Below are positions 35,703 to 47,438 of a stretch of DNA of 49,624 nt, piece after piece (within the stretch, counting starts at the first letter, position 1; each line of letters opens with the position of its first letter). The notes below the pieces were generated by a model that was not told the origin of the DNA, searched no databases, and saw only the letters and a program-made list of their open reading frames with translations. Made by a program: the position numbers and the translations under genes. This stretch comes from Malacoraja senta (Eukaryota): assembly GCA_038087875.1 (NCBI GenBank), contig JAXLNO010005255.1, positions 124,001 through 173,624 on the forward strand, given 5' to 3'.

Positions 35703-37060
35703 CAGACCAAGCCCCCTAACCTCGGGGTTTGCCACCGGCAGTTGTTGTCCCCTTCTAGTAGGCACATTGTAACCTCCACGTATCCTCGGTGCAGCATGTC
35801 AACGTGTATACGAGAATGATAGGATTGTTCCTTCTCCAGCACCACATTTCGCCTGTAGGGATACTGCCTTCTCACCGCTCTGCTCAGCATAGGTGATCCT
35901 TTAGTTTCTTTGTTAGATTTTCTCCAAAACAGATTTAGGCATTTGTATATTGGATGGTTTGCAGAGCCTGCATACTTAGGATGAATATTTGGTCTTATTG
36001 CATTTTTATGAATACAATTTATTTCAAAGTGCGCACTACACATGAGTGCTAAGGCATTTTGTTGTGAATACGATATATAACCTTCATCCAAACCACTGAC
36101 CCCAGAAATTTCAGCACTTGTGTAATTTCAATTCTTGTGAGCGTAAACCACTGCTCAAATTACCCATATCAAGTTTATTCACTGCTGTAACTGCTACAAT
36201 TTCCCGGGTCTCATATTTTTTTTGTCTCATCCATGGTTAATTCCTGGGGCTGATGGGAGAGTAGATAATTTATAGTCATAGCTATTTCCTCTCTCAAAGG
36301 TTCCCCTGTTACTCTGGGAACAGCAAAGTTTTGTGCCAGCCTTGGAACATTTGTGGCTCTGATAATGGGCTCTGGTCCTCATTTAAATCATCATCTAAAT
36401 TTAAATATTCATTTTTATGTTGGGTAATTTCTGGCTCCCCTGTTTCAGGTAAGTCTCTGCCAGATTCCCCCTGCGCGGGCTCTCTTGTAGGCCCACGGAC
36501 AGGCAGCCCTGCTTCAGGTGCTGCTGGCGCTGGCTCAATTCTAGGCCAACGCTTCATTATTTTTACTCTTTATATTTGTCGGTGCTGGCACATTTATCAT
36601 TGCACGTTTGTGCTGCCTTTTGTTCAGGCATTTCTAGTACTGGCTCTCCAATAGGCCAACACATAACTTGCCTTTTTTCTGGCATTTTGGGGCACTGGCT
36701 CTCCTGTAGGCCAACCTCTTTAATGTTTCTGCACAGGCACTGATGGCTCTCCTGTAGGCCACCCTTGTGCCTGTTCCAAGGCACCTCCTGTGCTATACTT
36801 CATTGGCCAACACCGACTTAAATCCTCCTGTGGGGGTTCTTTACAAATCATCTGCCCCATAAGGAGTTATAACGTTTTTGACCCTTGCAGTGTAATACTC
36901 TTTCCTGCCTCAGGAGGGCATACCTCCGGGTCTGACTCATCCGAGTCTACAGGTCGGGCCGATTTTTGCCTTGCGCCCCGCCCGCGGCGGTTTAACGCAC
37001 ATTCGACCACAACGGGAGTTAATGGCTTCGCTGCCACTGACTCCCCTGACTGACGCCCGC
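35699..37060 (-). pseudogene. DIRS ORF1 (gag-like), frameshifted
   Basis: NALALMCSAHFEINCIHKNAIRPNIHPKYA matches QKALGLLCSTHFEINCPRKGAIRPIMNPKFA in copy 1. Position upstream of RT. Confidence 0.75.
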
Positions 37061-37351
37061 TACCCTTAGGATCTGGGGTTTTACTACAGTGCGTCCCTGG
37101 CCGACTCTCCTTCCCATTTCTCCATAATAAACTTGTGTGGAGTTCCATCAAACAAGTCTAAACGGGAAGGAAACGCTCCTGTAAGTGAAAAGTAACTCAC
37201 TTACCTTCCGACTTTTGTTTTACTCACCGGCTGGAGGAGCTCCTGCTCCTCCACACACGGTCATGAACGCTATGCGTCTGATCGATAATGACGCGTGTGC
37301 GGCTGGACGGGGCTTCTTCACGTAGTCACTCACGTGACTCCGAAGTAAAAT

Positions 37352-37970
37352 CAGCTGGGGAGGGGATGATGGGCAGATGGAGCAAAGTTGGTGTATGGGT
37401 GGTTGTGGGAGAACAAATGAACACCAGTGGTATGGATAAGCTGAAATGTGAAAACTTTATATTCATATAAAGTTACCCAGGTGGATTATCAGATATTTTA
37501 CTTAAAACTTTCTGTGCCCAAGGTTAACGACAGATGGGTCAGTGTGTGAGTGGGAAGGGGTATTAAAATACCATACAACAGATCTCAGGATGATCTTTAC
37601 TTCAAAGGGATGTGCTGTACAAAATGGTTGACATCTAAGCTAGTTTCTCCACAGTGTGAGCAATGATTGCAGTATAGAAAGTTGAAAGAGATGCAAGTGA
37701 ACCTCTGTCTCATTTGAACAGTTTATTCTCCTGTTGTTCACCTCTTCCTCCTCCTCTCCTACCTGTTTCCATCTACCCATTATCCTCTCCCCACCTGGTT
37801 CTACGTTTGATCTACCAGCCTCTGTCCTATCCCTCCCTGATTGCTATATATTGGCAATTCATCCTCTTCCCTCACAGGTCTGGTGCAGGTTCTTGACCCT
37901 ATTTGTGACATCAACCATTTGTCCCAATAATTTTGCTTGAGCCATTGAATGCTTTCAGTCTTCTGTTTTT
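37352..37970. repeat. Degenerate Penelope-type sequence (minus copy continuing from about 32130-32291, plus copy about 37700-37970)
   Basis: Purine-rich pLTR-like tract runs through the DIRS insertion site (gtggcaggtggAATcagctggggagg). A pyrimidine-rich copy ends in a decayed hammerhead-like motif. Confidence 0.5.
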
Positions 37971-39595
37971 AGTTGCAGATTCCATTAGCTACAGTCATTA
38001 TTGGATAGAATATATTTTGTTTTAACACTGCATTTAGTCTGAGACACAGCACCAATAAATGTTGTTACATAACGCTTGGTTATTTGATGTCAAAAGTCTT
38101 GATTGTTTGTACTTTGTACATTTCTAATCTAATGCAAAGAATTTATCATCCATATGAATATAAAATTGTCCACAGTGACTGGTGGCACAGTGATCAAGTT
38201 CATTTTATGTGGCTCATTTGGTACAAGTTCTGCTCTTGAGATTTCACCTAATAATAGTTGCCTGTAGAATGTGTTTGATGAATAGACCATTGCGTATATG
38301 ATTTTTGGAAATAGATTGGCATGAAATCCAAGTAAACATATTGGATTGCACCCTGTTTTATAGTGGCTTCATGTTGCCAAGTAAAGGCAAGATATATGGA
38401 ATGTGCAAGATATAATATGAAAGATATAATATGCAAGGCGCAAAATTAAATTGTTGTTAAGAAAATGTAAGGCCTCCATTTATTTGCAACAGCATCAATC
38501 ACAGTATTCTTACGTCAAAGTTGATTTTGTATTTTTTAAAGAATGAATGGGAACAAAATGATCAAAAATGAATTGGCAGTCAAAGTAATACAAGGTTGTA
38601 GTAGAGACAAGTGTGAAGGAACAGGCCACTCTGCCGATCCTGCCAATACTGGTGCATATAGTCCACATGAGCCTCTTCCCACCTTATGCGATCTGCAACA
38701 TGGTTGGCAAGTCTATGCTGGATTCTCCAATGTAGAACCGACTATTCTTTTCTCTTTTGTGTTTGCCCAGCCTTCCCCTGAATGCAATTCATTGATCTGG
38801 ATCCTCATTCTCACCTGTATTGGGTGGGAGGGGAGGAGAGGGAGCATTCTCTGTCGAATTCCCTGCTGGATTTTATGGTGGAAAAGTTTTCACCATAGTG
38901 ATTCATTTAAAAGCTTTATGTATTTTAATATCTCCCTTCAGCCACTTCTCAAAGGGGTGGAGGGCAGGGGGTGGATGACTTACCCAGGGACATTCGATGA
39001 CTGTGTTTTGTTTATTTTATCCAAACATTTTTTAATATAGATTAATATAGTATTATTTTTTTGTATCTTGGGTAAGCACATTGAAATAGCAATGGATGGC
39101 GTGTTCAGAAAATTATTTCTGATTTGTCCTCGCTTTGTGAACACCAAACCAATGTATGCATCTGCAAAAAGTCATTGGCACCAGGGTCTCAGTTCCTTTT
39201 AAGCATCCCAGTTATCATGTTCTTCGATGCAGAGGAAATGTGGCCACGATAAATACAAAAATGTTGAAATGCAGAATATAAAAGTAATAGGAATTCAGGC
39301 ATTTGAGCCTCAACTATTATTCCATGTGATCAATTGTGACCTAAAATTTATACCTTGATCCTTTTATTTCTCTGATCCTTTGACCATACAAATAACATAT
39401 AACTCCTTGTATAAATTCAATGATCTGTGTTCAACTGCTTCCAGTGGTATAACATTCCACACCTTCATCATTCTGTGGGAGAAGTAATCGCTCTTCATCT
39501 CAACTTGAAGCCTGATCATCAGATTGTGACCACTGGGTCCTGAACTGACCGGATTTCCCTCTTGAATATATGTATGCGTACTTTTCTACACATAT

Positions 39596-39596
39596 A

Positions 39597-39627
<31 letters not shown>

Positions 39628-39628
39628 G
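39596..39628. repeat. (TG)n(TA)n compound microsatellite
   Basis: Direct reading. Confidence 0.9.
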
Positions 39629-41309
39629 TGCACATTGATTTTGTTTTTCTCTTTCTCGTTTTTCATATTGTTTACCATGTACTATGTTTACATATTCCGT
39701 TGTGCTGCAGCGAGTAAGAATTTCATTATATTATCTGGGACATATGACAATAAAATACTCTTGACTCTCTTCAATCTGTACAGACCCATAAGAATGTTGT
39801 AGTTGATTTTGAATGGTCCTAATCACAATGTAAAACTAATCGCCCAAATCACCCTTCATACATTAGTCCTCCCATCCCTGAAATCTGATCAACCTTCACG
39901 GCACTCCCTCCATAACAAGAACATTCTTCTTAAGATCAGGAGACTAAAACTGCAGATGCCATGGTCTTGGCAAGCACATTTCTCAGAATAACATGATGTA
40001 TCTTTAGAAAGGGATAAGGAGGAATCTCAAGAGTCAGAGGGTGGTGAATCACATATTAAGTTCTTGGAGCTCTGGAAAATTATCAATCTTTGATGGGAAG
40101 AATGGATAGGGAGGCTGCTCACTTTGCTGGAGGGTTTGAGAGTGGACAAGGAATTCTATGCAACGTGCGTTTGGAATGTCAAGTGTATCGCATGTAGATG
40201 TTGTGTAATTGGCTCCATTATGCCCTTAGTGCATTGGAAAAGGTAAACGGGGTTTTCACCTAAGATGACATTTTCTGCTAACTGCACTTTATGGTAAGCA
40301 AGTAGGCTGGCTTTGGGAAACAATTAGATGATTGAGGGCTCACTTAGAATAACTGGGAAATGATGGAGCAGCCTACAAGGATATTTATTGTAGCTAAAGG
40401 ATAAGTTAAACCTTTCTTTTCTCCGAGACATGCAAGAATAGCACGGTGCTCGATTTAATGCAGAACCTTTGAAGGACAGTGGCTGGGCCCGCAAGATCTC
40501 CACACCAGCCATCATAAATAGGAGTCTCCAATGGGAAGAAGACTGTGAGACTTGATGGTATTTGCCACGGCTTCTATCATTTAACACATTGAGCTGAAAG
40601 CCATGAGATTCGTTGCTTTTTTAATGCTTTGTCTTGTAATTTGACGTAATAAAGATAGTCATTTGTACCCTTGAAATTTTCTTTCTCCGTTCATTGATCC
40701 AAATCCTATTTATGTTTCATCACAAAGAGAGAATTGGATAAACTAATTGTGAGCAAAAACATGCAAAACTACAGTCTAAGGGCTGGGGTTGAACGTGATT
40801 TTCTCCAGTAGAGAGGTGGCATTGGCCTGATAGGATGAATGGTCTCCATCAGCACAGTAAACATTTAAATGATCCATTGATTTGTATTTATCATCGTATA
40901 TCAAATAAACTTAGGGATACGGAAGGAGAAATATTTTGGCCTGTTTATATGGTGCAAAATAACCCACCCCAGAACAATAAATAGTTGTGAATTTACACTT
41001 AATATTATCTGTCACTGAAGCAGAGTGCAGAGGTTCTCAAATTCATTTAAGAAATAGTATTAAGGCGACTGTATAGAAAATGGTGGGTATTGCTTGGCAG
41101 CAAGATGGGAGTAGTATTGTAGTGGTAGTGATGAGGTGTTTTGATGGCAGTGATCATAATTTAGCATGATTAAAGTAGCAATGTACACTAGGAACGCAGG
41201 TTCGCAGCTGAGGTGAAAACATTTCCAAGACTGCAACATAATTTAACAGAAATGTAATACAAAATGTAATAAAATAGGGCAATTAAATGGTGACAGTTAA
41301 CAGATCTCT

Positions 41310-41510
41310 GGGGATACTAGAAACTGCAGATATTGGATCGTTGAGCAAAACTGTTGGAGGAACACAGTGGGTCAGGCCACATCTGTGGGATGGAATGAAC
41401 CAACGACAATTCAGGCTGGAACTCTTGTTCAGACTGGTGACTTCAAAACGTTGTCAGTCGATTCCCACCACAGATGCTGCCTGACCCACTGAATTCTTCA
41501 TGCACTTTGT
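41310..41510. repeat. Inverted pair of degenerate Penelope-type short repeats
   Basis: gggtcaggccacatctgtgg versus ccacagatgctgcctgaccc arms. Confidence 0.6.
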
Positions 41511-41764
41511 TTTTAACACACCAGCTGGAAAGAGTCCAGAGAAGATTTACAAGGAGACTTGATAGTGGCATTTGAAGTCTTTAGAAAGGCATAGATATGC
41601 AGGGAAAGGATGGATATGGAACATGTGTTGGTGGAGGAGATTAGTTCAACTTGGCATCACGTTTGGAACAGATGGTGTGGCCCCAAGGGCCTGTTCCAAT
41701 GCTGAACTGTTCTGCAAGTCACTGAGTCTCTGTTCAGGGAGGGTGAGGTTGAGAAGGCTCTGAT

Positions 41765-42450
41765 TTCAATAGAAAATAGGTGCAGGAGTAGGCCATTCGA
41801 TCCTTCGAGCCAGCACCGCCATTCAATGTGATCATGGCTGATCATCCCCAATCAGTACCCCGTTCCTGCCTTCTCCCCATATCCCCTGACTCCACTATTT
41901 TTAAGAGCCCTGTCTAGCTCTCTCTTGAAAGCATCCACTGCCCTCTGAGGCAGAGAATTTCACAGACTCACCACTCTCTGTGAGAAAAAGTGTTTCCTCG
42001 TCTCCGTTCTAAATGGCTTACTCCTTATTCTTAAACTGTGGTCCCTGGTTCTGGAAATGTGGCCCCTGGTTCTGGATTTCATTCCTTAGAGTGCAAAAGG
42101 ATGGGGTGATCTGAAAGAGGTTTACAAAATTATGTGAGCAATCAATCAGGTAAATGCGCTTGAGTTTTTTGCCCACAATAGGGGACTCGAGAACCAGAGG
42201 ATATAGATTTACGGTGAGAGGTGGGTGAGTGTGGAGATTTAATAGGAACCTGGGGATAACATTTTTACACAAAGAGTGGTGGGTATATGGAACGAGCTGC
42301 CAGAGGAGGAGGTTGAGACAGGTACTATCATAACAATAAATATACAATTGGACAGGTACATGCATAGGATAGGTTTAGAGGGTTATGAGCCAAGCGTGGG
42401 GAGTTGGGACTAATGTAGATGGGGCATGCTGTGCCGAGAAGCCCGTTTCG
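41765..42450. mobile_element. CR1/HER1 3' fragments (minus about 41765-42010, plus about 42090-42450)
   Basis: Minus copy of the 10511-10695 tail. Plus copy with gagtggtgggtatatggaacgagctgccagagga. Confidence 0.75.
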
Positions 42451-42460
42451 ACGCAGTCTT

Positions 42461-42631
42461 ACTAGGGGCAATTTACAAAGGGCAATTAACCGATAAACCT
42501 GCACGAGTTTGGAATGTGGGTGGAGACCAGCGCCCGGAGAAAACCCACGTACGACGTTCACACAGACAGCGTCCGTAGTCGGGATCAAACCCGGGTCTCT
42601 GACGCTGCGAGGCATCCGTTCGACTGCTGCG
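42461..42631 (-). mobile_element. V-SINE 5' half
   Basis: B box GGGTTTGATCCC and V-domain on the minus strand. Confidence 0.75.
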
Positions 42632-43177
42632 AATTTTGTTTGTATTTTCTGATTTAAATCAAAGATGTTGGTATAGATATGAGTTCCATGTTTAGGAAAT
42701 GTGTGAATGTCAGCAAAGTTGTTTGCAGGTGTAGTATTAGGCAAGATGTAAACTGCCTTGACATTCAATAACATTACCAAGCTAACTCCTCCGCCATCAA
42801 TCTCTGTTCCAATAATAATTGAATCACCGTCTTTTTGACCAGACAGTAGGACTCGCGTGAACTTGGAAGCTGCAGGGAAAATGACTAATTTGGACTGGTG
42901 TTACTTTTGGCCACTGAATGGAAGATTATAATCATTTTCCTCTGGACGGTGGAATCAACACCCTTTCGCTTTCCAAGCGGGCAATTAGTGCTGTTCTCCC
43001 TTTGAAATCTACCGTGTAAAAATAGCACCTGCAGATCAAGATCCAAATTGACCGCCATTCTGATTTGGAAATATGTCCTGATCCTCAGTATTGCAAATGC
43101 CGAATCGCCCCACGCCGACAGAATATTGTACTGGCGCCAGGAGGTCTTCAGCGGTGGAAAAAAAGATGGCTCTTCAC

Positions 43178-43382
43178 TGTAGATGAAATGTGCATGTACC
43201 TTTAACATAGTGACCTCACCACTACTAACCACTCCCCACATCACTGGTATAATTACAACCTTCCCACCCAGTTCTCTCTCTCTCTAGTTCCAGTGACAGA
43301 CCACGGACAGCTAGGGCAGCAAAGTATGTGTATTATGAATAAACAGTAGTAACGATACAGTGCATTATGACCCATCTTTACA
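43178..43382 (+). mobile_element. Solo LTR (205 bp) with 5-bp TSD TTCAC
   Basis: TGTAGA...TTTACA termini. TTCAC at 43173-43177 and 43383-43387. Internal (CT)n and AATAAA at about 43338. Confidence 0.85.
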
Positions 43383-43580
43383 TTCACCACGTAGTCAAAG
43401 GCAAAAAGGAAATTTTAATACAACCTTGCTACCTGCTTAAAATAAACACTGGGTGTTGCAATCGATAGATACAACGTGTTGGTTTATTATTGACACGGGT
43501 AACTATATACAGTGAAAACCCCTTTGCGTGGTATTCAGCCAAATCATACTATGCATGAATACAATTAAGCCATACATAAG

Positions 43581-44134
43581 TGTGAGATGCAAAATCACAA
43601 ACGCTTTTAGAGGCAAAGTCGGCAAAGAAGCTTTTTATTTAAATCATATTCTGCAGAATAGGTGCCTCTCCTCTGATGTCCCCTAGAGGCACACCGAGGA
43701 TCGGGATATCTTCTATCTTTATACATTTCATGGGTACCATTGTCACACCCTCATCCCTCCCCATTGAGCTTCTTCCAATCATAACATAAAGCCCACATTC
43801 CCACGAGAACGTCCTGGAACGTCCACCCGACGTCAAAGACACCTCCCGTATCATGCATCGCATGTGCATTTAAATTAGGCATCTTGTCATAGTGGGTGTG
43901 TGTACATATTCATGTAAGTTCATTAGGCATGCACAGATATGTTTGACCTTATGTACTTTCTCTCTTTCTACTTCTCAAATCTTCTGCTGAATTTGCTACT
44001 TTTTATCTAGAATTTCTCTCTGTTCTATATATCGTTATTTTCTATTTTACCAGCAGTCTGGCTTCTGCTGACACCCCAAGCCATTTTTCTATCCCTAGTA
44101 TAAATCAACCATGTCTGTTAACTCTTTCCTCACA
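43581..44134 (-). mobile_element. 3' LTR of a class I (epsilon/gamma-like) endogenous retrovirus, 554 bp
   Basis: TGTGAG...CTCACA inverted termini, preceded by polypurine tract AAAAAGAAAAGGGTGGAT. On the minus strand: ATTGG (about 43776), TATAAAG (about 43712) and AATAAA (about 43637) in the expected order. Confidence 0.9.
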
Positions 44135-46077
44135 ATCCACCCTTTTCTTTTTTGCTACGCAACCTTTGATTTATACTATCTTCCTTTTCTAATGCTAGCA
44201 GCAGATTCTTCGCCTCCCTATCCCCCTCTCGTTGGTTATACTGTGTTCTGAAGGCCATCATGGTGGCGGCCCTGTTCTTTGTCAGGGCTGTTTCTATCAA
44301 TCGCTGAGCCAATCCCCGTACGCAGGGAATGATACAACATCCGAACAAACACAGTAACCCCACCATGACTACCACTGATGTTAGAGCTGAGGTAAAGATG
44401 TGCTTCCATTTCCCAAACCAGGATTCTAGAAACCCAGTCCAGGAGTTGTCTACTCCAGAGTTCTCAGCCAATTCGATAGTCAGAGAGGTGAGACCTGCTA
44501 GGGCTCTTGACACTGACCCATCCGGAGCAGTGTTGTTGGGGATGAATGTGCAACATTGTTCGCCAAACATTACACACACCCCTCCCTTCTCAGCCAGTAG
44601 CATGTCCAAGGCCATGCGATTTTGCCAGGCCATTTGGCTGGTAGCTGTCAGTTGTTCCGCTAATCCTTCAACTGCATCTCGAGTGTAATTTATAAAGCGT
44701 TGTTGATTGTAGTATAGGTAGTTGATCCAGTCCACATTTTTATTAATTGTGGACCACCAGAAGAGCATGGACTCAAAGCCCGCAGCTATCTGGTTTCTGG
44801 CTTTGAATTCATCGGGTACCCCTCTTGTCACCCCTATCGCATCTATATATATATGTGTGTGTCGAATGATCCTTTCACCCCTCTCTTTTGTCGTTGGCTT
44901 CCGTCATTGAGTTCTACAGCATGTTCTACTGCTATGGTGAAGGGCATCATCAGTTGTGTGAGGGTACAGGTTCCCGTCCATGACCCCAGTAACCGGGGCC
45001 ACAGGGTATTCTCCCCGCACCACCACCAGACATCGGCTCTACTGACTATCTGTTTTTTTAGCCAGGAGCTATTGAACAGTGGTCCCTGTTCCTCAGCCGT
45101 TATGTTATACGTCTGATTGCAGTTGAGCACCTTCCCCATATCCTGTCCCTCTGGGTTATTTCTTGTATAGCACTCAAACCCCTACTCCCCAAGAGGACTG
45201 GTAAATGGAGGAGGTCGAGGGTCTTCCCTTCGGCCCTTCATATTGTTGTTGCTGGTCGGAAATAGGTAATGATAACTCTGGCATATCACATTCTTTGGTA
45301 AGAGGGGATTCGTGAATAGCTGTAGTATACATGACATAGCCCTAGGTGTTCTATTCCAATTCAGGGGAAATGGTACTGGGACCAGCTGAGGCCAACTCCG
45401 GTGCAGGTGTAACAATTGGTTCATTGCATACTTCTGGCTGTGTACATCATCCAGGCAAGCCAGGTGTTGGCTCCTTTTCCCCCTGTTGGTATTCCCTTCT
45501 CATATAACTGCCTTCATCCTGTTTCTCCTTCTACTATCATTATATTCAGATCCTTAGACTCATTCTCCCTGGTGACTTTGCTGACTACTGGTGGTGCTGG
45601 TGTTGCCCCGGGATCCCTATTCTGACTGTCATCTATCTTCAACACCTTTCCCCTATCCTCATATCTTACCATCTCCCCATCCCGCTTCACTTCTATCTCA
45701 AACTTCAGACATGTGTCCTTCCCTGTTTTATCTGCACATATCCAATACCTACCACTTTCCTGCATTTGAACACTCTGTATGCTCACATATATACGTCCTG
45801 GCAATTTCTCGTTCGGGTTTTGATATATTTTCCACCTATCAGTTTGATAGGTGGTTCGATGCCACCCATCTCTTGATGAAGTAAACACCGCGTGCCAATT
45901 TCTACAGGGATGGGTGCATACATACATTCTATAGCCACACCACCATTTTCTTTTACATACATTAAATGGGATGGTGGTGGGCCTTCTATTCTGTGGTATT
46001 GTGATTTTTATACATGTTATATTACTCACGAGTTGGGTAACCACCCAACACACGACCCACCAACACAAAATCTTCAT
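44130..46077 (-). pseudogene. env: Retroviral envelope pseudogene (gamma-type env, fish ERV-like)
   Basis: Signal peptide MKILCWWVVCWVVTQLVSNITC, CxxC (CYTC), furin site RQKR, GVPDEFKARNQIAAGFES, immunosuppressive domain WQNRMALDMLLAEKGGVC, CX6CC (CVMFGEQCC), TM anchor. TGA at 45514 and 45421 plus three frameshifts. Confidence 0.95.
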
Positions 46078-46383
46078 TTTCCCGCGGGTTCTTGGTAAAT
46101 ATTAAAGTCAATGGTTCCTCTCCTTTGCGCACAGTCCACGGGCTGATATTGTCTGGTGGGGCCTCCACAGGACCCTTAACTCGACTTGCGTGTGTCCACC
46201 CTTTCTCTTTTGTTCGTACTGCCGTCTCGGTGATTAGTAACACCAGGTAGGGTCCAGTCCACTTAGGTTGCAGCTTTTCTTCTTTCCACGTTTTTATTAA
46301 TACCCAGTCTCCAGCCTTGACTGAGTGTATCGGGAAGTCCAGTGGTGGGCTCTGGGCCAGCAATCCTTTAATTTTTAGTTCTA
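46022..46383 (-). pseudogene. pol: Integrase C-terminal fragment
   Basis: GDWVLIKTWKEEKLQPKWTGPYLVLLITETAVRTKEKGWTHASRVK (GPY/F motif). Overlaps the env start. Confidence 0.9.
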
Positions 46384-47089
46384 TATCATGCATCGCATGT
46401 GCATTTAAATGAGGCATCTTGTCATAGTGGGTGTGTGTACATATACATGTAAGTTCATTAGGCATGCGCAGATATGTTTGACCTTATGTACTTTCTCCCT
46501 TTCTACTTACTCCTCAAATCTTCTGCTGAATTTGCTACTTTTTATCTAGAATTTCTCTCTGTTCTATATATCGTTATTTTCTATTTTACCAGCAGTCTGG
46601 CTTCTGTTGACACCCCAAGCCATTTCTCTATCCCTAGTATAAATCAACCATGTCTGTTAACTCTTTCCTCACAATCCACCCTTTTCTTTTTTGCTACGCA
46701 ACCTTTGATTTATACTATATCCTCCTTTTTTTAATGCTAGCAGCAGATTCTTCGCCTCCCTATCCCCCTCTCGTTGGTTATACTGTGTTCTGAAGGCCAT
46801 CATGGTGGCGGCCCTGTTCTTTGTCAGGGCTGTTTCTATCAATCGCTGAGCCAATCCCCGTACGCAGGGAATGATACAACATCCGAACAAACACAGTAAC
46901 CCCACCATGACTACCACTGATGTTAGAGCTGAGGTAAAGCAGTGCTTCCATTTCCCAAACCAGGATTCTAGAAACCCAGTCCAGGAGTTGTCTACTCCAG
47001 AGTTCTCAGCCAATTCGATAGACAGAGAGGTGAGACCTGCTAGGGCTCTTGACACTGACCCATCCGGAGCAGTGTTGTTGGGGATGAAT
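46384..47089 (-). mobile_element. env: Second copy of env 3' end, PPT and partial U3 (partial LTR 46384-46673)
   Basis: Near-identical to 43849-44549 (offset about 2540), with roughly a dozen differences counted by eye. Confidence 0.92.
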
Positions 47090-47133
47090 CGCCCGTTCAC
47101 ACACGCGCGGGTGGAGGGCGTGCGTGTGTGCGG

Positions 47134-47438
47134 GCACACAATACTTCAGGTGTGGTCTCACCAGGGCCCTGTACAACTGCAGAAGGACCTCTTTGCTCCA
47201 ATACTCAACTCCTCTTGTTATAAAGGCCAGCAGGCCAAAACTGCACACAATACTCCAGGTGTGGTCTCACCAGGGCCCTGTACAACTGCAGAAGGACCTC
47301 TTTGCTCCAATACTCAACTCCTCTTGTTATAAAGGCCAACAGGCCAAAACTGCACACAATACTCCAGGTGTGGTCTCACCAGGGCCCTGTACAACTGCAG
47401 AAGGACCTCTTTGCTCCTGTACTCAACTCCTCTTGTTA
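47134..47438. repeat. 109-bp tandem repeat derived from a CR1 RT segment (about 2.8 units; another unit at about 48795-48890)
   Basis: gcacacaatac recurs at 47134, 47243 and 47352. Minus strand encodes [13 protein letters not shown](K/E)YC. Confidence 0.9.

Larger units (their letters stand above)
32292..37351 (-). mobile_element. Full-length DIRS1-type tyrosine-recombinase retrotransposon (copy 2)
   Basis: ITR 32369-32401 matches 37289-37321 (33-bp perfect inverse). ICR 32518-32630 is complementary to both termini (79/80 and 36/36). AAT at both ends. Order gag, RT, RNase H, MT, YR. Confidence 0.97.

Noticed and set aside
38543-39040. 165-aa ORF, and a minus-strand stretch RWEEAHV...TCLYY resembling class I alpha2
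   Set aside because: No conserved spacing, no splice sites and no GC/YDG motifs. Likely coincidence.
42885-43244. 119-aa ORF, and a signal-peptide-like stretch LTAILIWKYVLILSIANA on the opposite strand
   Set aside because: The ORF crosses a solo LTR boundary. The hydrophobic stretch has no ATG or donor.
44130-46077. Domesticated syncytin-like env gene
   Set aside because: Two nonsense codons and three frameshifts, and it is still attached to LTR and integrase remnants.
47134-47438. CRISPR-like array
   Set aside because: Contiguous 109-bp units with no unique spacers, derived from CR1, in a vertebrate context.
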